Source: Yuukianura sp. NJ FZ-2021 (taxonomy: Eukaryota). Taken from it: 64,000 nt of DNA. The stretch covers positions 2,356,001 through 2,420,000 of the forward strand of contig CM102287.1 in NCBI GenBank assembly GCA_046563655.1. The letters run 5' to 3'. Below the pieces are notes generated by a model. That model searched no databases and was not told the origin of the DNA. It saw nothing but the letters and a program-made list of their open reading frames with translations. This document shows positions 41,901 to 52,554 of the stretch, piece by piece. The translations under genes were made by a program, and so were the position numbers. Numbering within the stretch: position 1 is the stretch's first letter; every line of letters starts with the position of its first letter.

Positions 41901-43451
41901 AATCGTCCAGAATCGGCTGAAAATGAGACTGAAATGGAGCAACCGGAGGACGACGCTGCAAATGCAAACAGCGCTGAATTGTATCAGCATGTCAAGGACG
42001 CTGAAAAGAGTGACACCGTGACGATTGACAATTCAACAAGAGAACAAGCTGAGAAACAGAAACAATCCGAGTCAGAACAGAAAGAAAAAGAAGAAGCTCC
42101 AAATCCAGATTTAGAAGATTCAGTCATGGACGAAACGGAAGTAAAAGTTGATGAAATTGAAACTCAAAAGCAAGAGGCGAGTATGCAAGGAAACCTTCCA
42201 GAAAAGCCGAAATCCAAAGGTCAAATTCAGTTGGACGCAGAACAAGAACAACCAATGGAAGTTGAAGTTGAAGGAGAAAAAGTTGAGACTTTGGGAGTTC
42301 AGCGTCCTGCCATTTCAGTGATTGAGACTCGTCTGGATCTTCTGGAAGAGTGGAGTCGTGACAAGGAGAAGTTGGCACTCGAACAATCCAAGCGATTGGT
42401 CCAAGTGCAGCAGACACACTTCACTTCTGAGGAAGAAGCGATTTCGCTTGCACAGTGGCATGAAGTGGATGGAAAAACGCTGCATTTGGCTCAAGAACTT
42501 TGTGAGCAGCTCAGATTAGTTTTGGAACCGTCCCAAGCAGCCAGACTCAAAGGAGATTACAAGACTGGAAAACGACTGAACATGAGAAAGGTACATTTTT
42601 CAAAATTTTGAAACTGAAGACATGTGAACATGTTTTGATTTTTTGAGTAGGTTATTCCATACATTGCTAGTGGATTTCGTAAAGACAAAATTTGGCTAAG
42701 AAGAACGCAACCATCGAAACGAGAGTACCAAATTTTGCTGGCTTTGGACGATTCTGCTTCAATGGCTGACAATCAATCGAAACAGGCAAGGATTTAATGA
42801 AATTCTTAAGTTTTTGTGATTTTTTTGAGATTTTAAAAATTCTGAATTTCATTTTTTTGTGAAATCTAGATGGCATTTTCAGCAGTTGCTGTTGTAGCTC
42901 GATCTCTGAGTCTTTTAGAAGCTGGACAGTTGGGCGTGGTTGGATTTGGTGAAGATGTGCAACTGCTCCATCCCTTTGACGAGCCTTTTACTGACTTGAG
43001 TGGAGCCAAACTGATGCGACAATTCAGTTTTGGTCAACGAGCCACAAAGATCGGTCAGTTACTAGAATTTAGTGAGAGAGTTTTTGAGCAGGGAAAGGAG
43101 AGTCACTCGTCGTCACTTGCACCGGAAGTGGCTCAGTTGCTGCTGATCGTGTCGGATGGGCGTGGCGTGAGTCACGAGGGGAGTGGCTTAGTGCGAAAAG
43201 CAGTCAGACATGCCAGGGACAACAACATCTTCATCGTGTTCATTGTGGTGGACAATCCACAGAACAAAGACTCCATTCTGGACATTCGATTGCCAATCTT
43301 CGGAAAAGACGGAAGTCTGGAAATTGCCAAGTACATGGACCATTTCCCATTTCCATTCTATTTAATACTGAGAGACTTGGCAGCATTACCAAGTGTACTG
43401 TCTGATGCGCTGCGCCAGTGGTTCGAATTAGTCACTTCCAGCGAACGCTGA
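23950..43451 (+). CDS. MDN1: Midasin (Rea1), six-AAA+ ribosome biogenesis ATPase, multi-exon
   Basis: Six Walker A motifs (GPIGSGKS, GETGVGKT, GETSVGKT, GETGGGKT, GSPGVGKT, GPTKSGKT) with Walker B motifs (e.g. LDEINLA), a long linker, a D/E-rich tail and a C-terminal MIDAS domain (DDSASM, VSDGRG, LSDALRQWFE). Confidence 0.97.
31691..31785 (+). mobile_element. Possible 3'-end remnant of a non-LTR retroelement in an MDN1 intron
   Basis: T15, then a stem-loop (TCAAGT...CCTGCATGCAGG...ACTTGA), AATAAA and an (AAATAC)x5 tail. Confidence 0.4.
33034..33237. mobile_element. Longer (~200 bp) possible member of the GACGCCA-TIR family in an MDN1 intron
   Basis: AAACGCCAATTAAAG ... TTTTTATGTGGCGTCGA; the interior carries GAGATAGGCG...CCTATCTC, like the 4431-4620 TIRs. 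Confidence 0.4.
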
Positions 43452-43603
43452 ATTCCTAATTTATGATTAACGATTTACTTTTTGAGGAGTTTTTGGGCTT
43501 AATTATGATTTGATGTTGAGTTTATTTTGTTATTTCTAAGAAATCGGGTGAGAAGTAAACAATATTTTCAGCAAAAGCGGCTTTCCATGCGGGAAGTAGA
43601 AAG

Positions 43604-44364
43604 TTAGGAGCAGAACTAAACACAAAATAGTTAGATTTTTTATGAAATTTTTGAATTTTTGCAAAAAAAAAATTTATAAAGTTTACCTTATTTATAGCGT
43701 TCATGGCACAGCGAATAACGGCGTCGTAACTTTTACAATTTTCTTCACTTGGATTTACATTGGCTGAACGCCACACAAAAAATTAATTTTTTCAATTTCG
43801 AGTAATTTCCTTTTGAAAATAATAGTTTTCCTTGTGAAATTTTAAATTTTTGTTGAGTGGCGTGTACCTGCAGCATCTTGGCATTGCATCATGAGCATTG
43901 TCGCTTTCTCTCTCACATCTTCTGGAATGTGCTTCTCAACCATCGTCAGAGCAGCCACTGGATCCAGAAGTCCATCTTCTCCAATTACACCTTGTGCAAG
44001 GTCAATTTCAAAAATACAATTTAGAAAATTTAAAATTTAAAACAAACTTTTAAATTTTGAAAACTTATCTTGTTGCAGGACACATCGGAGGACGCATGAC
44101 ATCTTCTCGGCTCGTTCCTTGGTGTCAACTAGATTCAATTTGGTGATGCAAATGGAGATTCCCTTCATCTGCTCCGTCAACATGTCCTTGATGGCTTCTT
44201 TGCAACTTTTACCACTCGCTTCAGTCCTCCACTGTAAGTCAAATGTCAACTTTTTAATTCTAATTTTCAAAGTCCGTAATTCTTATCAGTTTTTTTAAAT
44301 TGTTTTCAGAGAAATGCCTTACGAGACCAGAAGTGAGGAGGAGGAGCAGCAGTGGTTTGTGCAT
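43604..44364 (-). CDS. Odorant-binding protein A (8 Cys), 5 exons
   Basis: MHKPLLLLLLTSGL|WRTEASGKSC...ISIC...SCVLRC...MQC...ENCKSYDAVIRC...FCS*. C-X3-C and C-X8-C OBP spacing; TATA-like box near 44453. Confidence 0.85.
43764..43867 (-). mobile_element. Intron of OBP-A whose termini are GACGCCA-family inverted repeats
   Basis: The intron reads GTACACGCCACTCAACAAAAATT ... AATTTTTTGTGTGGCGTTCAG. Confidence 0.5.
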
Positions 44365-44921
44365 CTTCTGAATTTTTAAAAAATGGTAAGTTTTGGAAAA
44401 TGCCAGGAAGAGACTAAGTATAATTTTTGTGGTTACCTAACTTTAAGTTCACTTTATAACGCATCATTAACTTTCAACTATTGTTTTCCTAGTCCTTTTG
44501 TAAGGAATAATTATATTTTTAATTAACTTAACTACGGTTCACTCTCCTTTTGTTCAAAACTGACCAAACGCAAACTTAAATACTTTGCGGAATCCCAAAA
44601 AACTTCCGCTCCGTCGTGACATGGATCAATTCCATTTCAACAAAAAAAAAATCCTGAGGTACTCCCGAAAGTGTCAAAAACTTTCTAATTTATAAACTAA
44701 ATTATAGTTTTAATTACAAAAATTTATAAAAGTTTTAATTACACCTTTATGATCCAATGCGATGTTTGGTTTTATATTCAGTGAAGAACAACGTTTTGAG
44801 ATTTATTTATCGTTTTATTAATTTTTTGTTATGAAAATGTTAAAATTATTTAAAAATACAATTTAGAGTTAATTATTCTAATTCCGTGGACTTTCAGCTT
44901 GGATTAAGCTCCACTCTACTT

Positions 44922-45686
44922 TTATTTGGGTGGTTGGCAAAACTGAAATGAGTATTAAAAGTTATGATTAGAATTTGGAAACTTATGATTAAGATTAGTT
45001 AATTAGTTTTAAAGTTAATTGTTATTTAATACCAAGTTTAATCCGGATAGAGCACATTTAATAAGAGGGTCATAGGATTTGCAGTTCTCCTCTTCTGGCA
45101 AAATGCCAGCTAACAACAACAAATTTATATTCAGAACTTGAAATATAATAAAAATTTTTAATGTTTTGGCTTAACTGACCTGTGACCTCGAAGCATCCCA
45201 TCATCACCTACACCAAACAACTTTTTAATTCCTCTTTTTAAAGAACGTTTTTAAAAAGTAGTTTTCTAACCGTTCTCGCCCACTCTTGAACGTAGTCTGG
45301 AAGATTAGCAGTGATGAAGGCAAGGGAACCAATTGGATCAGCGTACCCATCAGGAGTCAAAATCCCCTCGCGCTAATTAAATATATTAATTAAAACTTAA
45401 TAAATATTTAACTAAAAAGTAAAAACTAACCGCAAGGACGCACTTCATGACGCACGTCATCTTCGCTTGTCTTTCCTTGGCATTTTTAAATTTCATCTGA
45501 GCAGTGCACTCCGTGACGCCCTTCAACTGCTTCTTCGTCAAGGCACCCACTGCTTCTTTGCACACTTTGTCCTCTCCTAGGGTGTGGCCCTTCAATTCAA
45601 ATCAAAATTCAATTTCAGAATTTGTCTAAGATTCTGTTTGAACTTACTACAATTAGGAAGGTGACAAGGGCAGATTTTAAATTCAT
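44922..45686 (-). CDS. Odorant-binding protein B (8 Cys), 6 exons
   Basis: MNLKSALVTFLIV|GHTLGEDKVC...TEC...TCVMKCVLA|REGILTPDG...MGC...ENCKSYDPLIKC...FCQPPK*. TATAAAA near 45741. Confidence 0.85.
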
Positions 45687-46145
45687 GATGATTCCGTGCT
45701 TCCGAGAAACTACTGGGAGGCGTCCTCAATTTGGCCTTCTATTTTATAAAATTGAATTTTCAGAACAAAAGATTTGGAAACAGAGAGTCCATTGCGTGCT
45801 GCTGTTTAGGAATCCAGGAAAACATGAACTTCTGAAATTAATGTTCAGTTGGAGCATTTAATAACTTTTGATTAAAATCCAAATGATTCCAGGTTGAGGC
45901 AGATCATAAACATTCAATTACATTGGCATACTTACTACATTGTATCATCAAAAGACATCCAGGAACAACGTTGTTGTTTTTTCAAAATTTTACCAAAATT
46001 TTGAAAGTTATTTGGCAAATTTTTGATGCCAAATTGGTTCAAAGAATGTTTGGGAAAGAGAGGCGGACGAAATACAATGCATAGAATGGGGCCGAGGTTT
46101 CAGTTTTTAAAGAGTTTTTAACACGGGAGGCCTTTGCGAGAGCGA

Positions 46146-46586
46146 AAAAGTTGACAGGGGATCGTACGAGGCAGAGAGGCGAGATAGGGCAATTCTTCTC
46201 CTCTGCTTTTTGTATGGGAGATTGAGTGGCGGCAAAAAGGATAGGATAGGGGAGAGTGAGTGTAGCCTTCGTGCTTCCTACAATCTCCTGTCAACTTTTC
46301 CTCTCTTCTGCCTATCTCCCAATGTTAAACTTCAGTTCAAAATTGAAGAGGGTGACAAGGGTGCTGTGCAGTAACTGCTACTACAACCACATAAATTATT
46401 CGGGTGACACTGGATTGTGCCAGTAGCTGCTACATAAACCAAATAAATTATTTCAAAAAATAATTCCATCCATTTTCCCGCCAGTAACCAATCACTCGGC
46501 CAATTAATTAATCAATTAATTAGTTAATTGAATTCCATAGTTTATTGCCCTAAGTATTAATTCATTTTAATCAAAGGCTAAGAAGT
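46146..46586 (-). repeat. Dispersed repeat, copy 2 (inverted relative to 4135-4620)
   Basis: e.g. CTGTCAACTTTTCCTCTCTTCTGCCTATCTCCCAATGTTAAA is the exact reverse complement of 4422-4463. Confidence 0.8.
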
Positions 46587-46694
46587 ATTCACATTGTACA
46601 TCTCATTTACTCCTAACTTAAGTGCCGCTTCCTAACGTGATTGTAAAGTATTGACAATCTACTCAGTTAATTAGTATTTTTGGTTTGTTTCCAG

Positions 46695-47154
46695 TGCACT
46701 GTGGAAGTATTCGGCAAACTGCCAGCATCATCTCAATGTCTCAAGAGTGTCTGAGGACGGGTGACAAGGCTGGAGTACACTTTCGCTTCATGAAGCATCC
46801 CGAATATCTAAACACCGGAACAAGAATAGTAACCACATTTCACAGTTTAAGCTTTTATGAAGAGTTTGAAAACTTTAACCTCTTGACCTGACTTTTGACC
46901 TTTAGGTGTTTCGTGAAGGACGAACGAAAGCAGTGCGGAACATCACGAAGCTGATTCCGTTCACGGGCGTGGCTGCTGCTGGGACGAAAGTGAAGCCAGG
47001 GAAGACTCCTCGCGGTCAAGGTGGGAACAGTGAGAACAACATTCCAGACAAAGGAGGTCAAGGGTCAAGTTCTGGTGGGACTGGAAACAGAAGGCGTCGT
47101 GGTGGGAAACAAAGATCAGGAAATTCCATTTCCAGCGAAAGTTGTTCTGAATAA
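46695..47154 (+). pseudogene. GTPBP1: Orphan 3' fragment (last two exons, intron 46829-46905) of GTP-binding protein 1
   Basis: [39 protein letters not shown]...|VFREGRTKAVRNITK is the GTPBP1 domain III signature. No upstream exons or start codon found; AATAAA at 47190. Confidence 0.75.
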
Positions 47155-47307
47155 TAAGAAATTAAGTCTAAAAAATGGAAGTTGTTTTGAATAAACTGAA
47201 ATCTCGTGTTACTGTTGAAGTGTTCCACTCCCCGAACCCGATTTATAAACGATTCAACATTTCAAAAAAAATTACAATTAGAACATTTTTGAAGAATTTA
47301 GTTTATC

Positions 47308-47398
47308 TAGACGCCAGTTGAAATTAAAAATAAGTTACGCCTGGCTTTGGCTTTCATTTTCAACAAGCTTTGAATTTTTTATTTTTCATCTGGTGTGA
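47308..47398. mobile_element. ~90-bp MITE-like element (GACGCCA-TIR family)
   Basis: TAGACGCCAGTTGAAATTAAAAAT ... TTTTTATTTTTCATCTGGTGTGA. Confidence 0.55.
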
Positions 47399-47548
47399 AA
47401 CTGATTCGAAATTTCAAGTAAAATTCTCGTTTGTATTTTTATTTTTGCTTTTGTTTTTAACAGAATTGGACTAAAATTTATTTGAGGAGTGCCAAATTTA
47501 GGATTTTTTGTGCACAAATCATGTTCAACTTGACACCGTCGCCCGCAA

Positions 47549-48440
47549 TTATTTGCAAACCTGGAAATTGTTTAGCACAAGCCAGTTAGTTCAAGCTAAA
47601 ATTCAAAAATTGTTTCAAAATTCAAGGAGAAACAATGTTTGACCTTGTTCATAGTATTTTGTGCACATTTCATCAGAGGTTCGTAGCTTTTGCAATAAGG
47701 ATCGTCTGCGGGAGGAATTATTACGCCTGCAATTTCAAAAAAAAAAAAATTCAAAATTTTGAATTTTTAAAAAACGTTGATTTCTTTAATACCTAAATGT
47801 TCATGACAATCAACAAATGCATCCAAAACTCGATTTCGCAGAGCTGGTGGTAATTCACTTTCTAAAAATGACAAGGAAGAAGCTGCGTCCGGTTTGGACT
47901 CCGCGTCCAACTTTTTTCAAAAACATTTTCGAAATTTAACACAAATGTAATTTCCAAAATCAGAGTATCGCAGGTTCATAAAACTTACGAATCCAGACTT
48001 TTTCATAGCACAGACGATCACGCACTGTTGAAAAAGAATCAAGTTACTAATTGCTATGAAATATTTGCAAACTTTCTCCAAAATCGTCTTTTACCAGCAT
48101 TTTTTCTGACTTTTCTTTTCCGTTGCTAAATTCCATTTCGGAAAGACAGTTCTGGACTTTCACCAATTGACCTGAGTCAAAATAAATTTCAAGTGAAAGT
48201 CTGGTCGAAATTTTGCACAAAATTTCTGATTTCACTACCTTTGATAAGTTTTGTCATTATGGACTTGCATTCTGCTAGTGAAATTTCGTCGTCTGCTTTC
48301 ACCTAATTCAAAATTTTAGCATAAAAATTGTCTCTTAAAATTTTGAAGAAAAAAACTCTCCTCACCATAAGTCCGAAAAGTAGAAGAGAAAGGACAATTT
48401 TCAGTTTTGAAAAATATACTGGGCCAGAATTTGGCTTCAT
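47549..48440 (-). CDS. Odorant-binding protein C (8 Cys), 7 short exons, mostly absent from the ORF track
   Basis: MKPNSGPVYFSKLKIVLSLLLFGLM|VKADDEISLAECKSIMTKLIK|GQLVKVQNC...EKML|CVIVCAMKKSGF|LDAES...FVDCHEHL|GVIIPPADDPYCKSYEPLMKCAQNTMNK|VCK*. TATAAAA near 48524. Confidence 0.85.
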
Positions 48441-49142
48441 TCTGTTGAATTTTTTTGAATTGCTAAAAATTTTGTGAAATTTTTGAAAAGCAAGTGTAAC
48501 CGTTTCTGTCCAGTGGATGCTACTTTTATAATGTAGTGTGCACTTTTTAATCATAATGTCAAAGGTCATCACTTTAAGTATCATTGTTTTTCCATAATTT
48601 TGAATCATTTTTTGGTATTAAACTTTTTGGAATTGTTCTGATTATAGTTATTTGCTTTTCTAAAAGTACTGTTTTACTTTATGCTCATTTCTATAAATCC
48701 ATTGTCAAACTAAAATACACTAACAATTAAGTAATTAAACGTAAAACTGCAACTTTAATGTTTTCCGGAATCGAATTTTTTCAGCAATTTTCTTTTTTCA
48801 TAGACTTCCTGTACGCCGTTTGAAACTGCTAAGGGTTTTTTCCTAGAAAACAATTCGAAAAAAATTGGATTTTTTTTTTGTGCTTGCAATTTGCAATTTG
48901 CGAAAAGATTTTGCACAGACTTTGCACATGCTGAAAGCCTGAAATTGACGTGATTTGAGTGAGATTGAAAAGGTGAGTGTTTTTTTAACTTTGGGAGAAG
49001 ATGAGGAGTGGGTTCTTTTGAATCTCGCCTTGTCAAAGTTCAAACCTGATTGAAGAATTACATTATTTAAGCTCAGTAGTTGTTTTAAAAACTTCCAATT
49101 AATTAAGTGTTAATTAACTAATTGTGATCAGCTGTTGTGAAG

Positions 49143-51079
49143 ATGTTGGGGAGTAAGCAGTGTACGATGATGTCCATGCAGAAATTGGTGTCTAGAAACG
49201 TAAGTCAGTTCAATTTTGACTACAATTAGCAACAATTAGCTTGGCCGCAGCTGATTTCTAAATAAGGCTTAAGAATTGAGGAACCTTTTTGTACTCGTAC
49301 AATCAATTTGTAACTTTGTTTACGTACATTTTAATTGCAGTTTGCTTCTTGGTCGGTGAGTTAATCAGTAATAATCGTTGACAAACTAAGGAAATCATCC
49401 AGGATAAATCGAAAGTACTTTCTTTCTTACTAGTCGGATAAATTCGTTTTTTGTTTGAATTTTCAGCTTTTTGCCAAGAGTTTGTCTACTGAAGCGACCT
49501 TTGAAACGAAACCGTTCAAACTGCACAGACTGGAAACTGGTCCATCCACCAGTGTCTCCCTCACTCGAGAGGATGCTTTGCATTTGTAGGATCAAACTAA
49601 AGTATCTGATTACTAATTGAAATTAACTAAATGGTTTACTCATGTCACAGTTACCAGCAGATGCAGACAATTCGCAGAATGGAAACTGCAGCTGGGAACC
49701 TCTATAAGGAAAAAGCAATTCGAGGATTCTGTCACCTCTACTCTGGACAGGTTGAATTTCACACCATATTTCCTTATTCCTGGAATACTTGCAAGTATTT
49801 TGATACTTTTCAGGAAGCAGTAGCCGTTGGAATGAGAGCTGCGATGGAGAAACAAGACAGTGTCATCACAGCATACAGGTAAGAAATAGTTAAGAAATCC
49901 TGTAAATCGCTGATTTCTTGATGAATTAGTTTAATCAATTAATTCTGAACTTGGTGACAGGGCTCATGGTTGGACGTATGTCATGGGAGTGTCTCCATTC
50001 AGTGTTCTGTCAGAACTTCTGGGACGGAAAAGTGGTTGTGCTCGTGGGAAAGGTGGGTCCATGCACATGTACGCTCACAACTTCTACGGAGGCAACGGAA
50101 TTGTAGGCGCCCAGGTAAAGTCAATCGGTTAAGCTTAAATTTCAATGCAAATGCAACTTTAACTTCCTGGATGTGCTTCACAGGTTCCTCTGGGTGCTGG
50201 AATTGCCCTGGCTCATCAGTACAAAGGCGACGGAGGAGTCAACATTGCCCTTTATGGAGACGGAGCAGCAAATCAAGGTCAATTGTTCGAGGTAACTTTG
50301 ATTCATCATGAATGTTCATGTCTCTCCAGCTACGTTTATAAAACGTTTTTGTCCATTTCAGGCTTACAACATGGCCAAACTTTGGAAACTACCGTCGATT
50401 TTTGTGTGTGAAAACAACGGATACGGAATGGGAACGTCAGCAGAACGTGCTGCTGCCAACACAAACTACTACACAAGGGGAGACGTCATTCCAGGCATTT
50501 GGGTAAACTCTAAACTCATAACAACTTTTCTCTAAGTTTCAACTGCTAATTGAGTGTTTCAATTGATTTTGAATTGTTAGGTGGATGGCATGGACATATT
50601 GGCTGTCCGAGAAGCAACTAGATTCGCTAGACAGATGTGTGCTGAAGAAAAAGGGCCAGTATTACTGGAGACTGTGACTTATAGATACTCTGGTCACTCC
50701 ATGTCAGACCCCGGCACTTCCTACAGAACGAGAGAAGAGATTCAGGAGGTCAGAGCCCACCGTGACCCCATCCACTCGCTCAAGGACAAAATACTTCAAG
50801 CAGAACTAGCCACAGCCGAGGAACTTCATGTAACTCCTACTCAACTTCCAATTAAAACCAACGTTAACCTTAAATTGATCGTGTTTTTAGGAAATTGATC
50901 ACAAAGTGAAGCATGAAGTAGACAAGGCCGTGAAGGATGCCAAGGCAGACGGTGAAGTGAGTATGGAAGAACTCCCTGCAGACATTTACTCTGAAAATCT
51001 AGAGCCCTTCATCAGAGGAATCACAGCAGCAGATAAACTGAATCATGTCAACATTGGACCCCGAGTCAACTACGCCTAA
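49143..51079 (+). CDS. PDHA1: Pyruvate dehydrogenase E1 alpha subunit, mitochondrial
   Basis: [33 protein letters not shown] (TPP-binding motif), [21 protein letters not shown]. Confidence 0.97.
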
Positions 51080-51433
51080 TTAATAATCAGTAATTAGTCA
51101 TCTCTCAGCGCTTAAGTCACCCTGCTTTCGTCATGAGTTAATAAATTAGCCAATGTCAACCCTGAACAGGAGTCCTTCCGCAATAACCTCAGAAGGAGCG
51201 AATGCTTGTGGAGTGAGTCAATGTTGAAATGGATTCCATTGTTCCAGTTTAGAACAATCAGTCGTAACACTTGATTGAGAATTAGGAATCAGCGACAAAG
51301 GTTTTAGTTTTACGAGTGACATTAAACTACTTTCAAAGGTTGTTCTAAATCCAGTCTAAGAAAGCTTAACACTTCCTCATTCTAATCCAGTTCTTTCGTA
51401 ACTTCCTTCTGCGACACAACTAAAACACTGAAA

Positions 51434-52457
51434 ATGCTTGTCCGAATCATGCTCATGTCGGTCGTGTATGTCCAGGTCCTTGGGCAATTCGCACTAGTTC
51501 CTGATGGTAAGAAAACAATATAAAATCAAATATTTGTTGCTTAATTTAACTTTAACTTTGTTTTTTAGCTTCACCGAAGAAGATGACCTTGACCCCGGGT
51601 GACCTCAAGGTGTTCTCTGGCCATGCGCTGAGTCTGCTTCAAGCCAAGTGCCCCCAGGTCAACAGCTCCACACTCCACGCGCTGAACAAGTTCATCGGAA
51701 AAGCCATTGCGAAAGATTCAACTCCGTATAAGGGCAACGACGCTGGGTTCAAGCAGGTTGTAGATTCCATGACTTCTTGTGCCAAGAAGGTCAACCAAGG
51801 TCAACTTCCGGAAAAACCCGAAGTGAAGCCGAATGCTGAAGAAAGTTCAGAGTTCTTCTTCTTCGTCCCAGCCGATGGTGAAATGATCCAACTCACTCCA
51901 GACAGTGACGAAAAGACTCCTGGAGTACAAAATTCAAATATTTATTTAAAAAATTTCAAATTCTGAAATCGTTTAATTTCTTACCTTAGGCAAAGCCCGT
52001 TGAAGTTCAGCCAGATTCAGCTCCAGCGAAGGAAGACGAAAAACCAGACCCAGGACTTCCCACAGAGAAATCAAACGAAAGACGAAAAAATCCGCTTGTG
52101 TTTTGGATTTCGTCCATGTTGGCCTCTGTCCAAGAATTTTTCCGAAACTTGTTCGGAAGTCGTCGTGCGGAGAGTGAAACAGCAGACTCCACCGTTGCTC
52201 CTCCGAGTGGTATTATCCATCGTCGTGCTGCCGAAGATCCTACTGGCAAAGGCGCTTTTACGAGACTTTACACCGAAGTGTGTCGTCTCTACTGCGACAA
52301 ATGTGCTGGCCCACTCCAGTCTCGAGCTGAATTCAAAATGGCTGCAAACCAATTCCTGGATCATTTGTTCACGATTGTTCCACCTCAAGGCCTGGACTTG
52401 GCAGCTACCCATCACTTGACTCAAGAATTCATGCAAACTGTGGAACAGTGCAACTAA
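51434..52457 (+). CDS. Uncharacterised secreted protein, 3 exons, with two related Cys-bounded helical modules
   Basis: Signal peptide MLVRIMLMSVVYVQVLG; exons ~51434-51506, 51569-51925 and 51990-52457 splice in frame; AATAAA at 52524. Confidence 0.7.
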
Positions 52458-52554
52458 ATTGATCCAGGGTGTTAATCACTTGATTAATTAAGTTTAAACT
52501 GAATTAATCATTGGTTGTTTGCGAATAAACTTATTCAAAGATGATTGTTTAGGC

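Noticed and set aside
40844..42611. Separate acidic low-complexity protein
   Set aside because: It is the D/E-rich tail of midasin and splices in frame to the MIDAS exons.
43994..44068. U12 (minor spliceosome) intron
   Set aside because: The donor is ATAAGT, not ATATCCTT, and there is no TCCTTAAC branch site.
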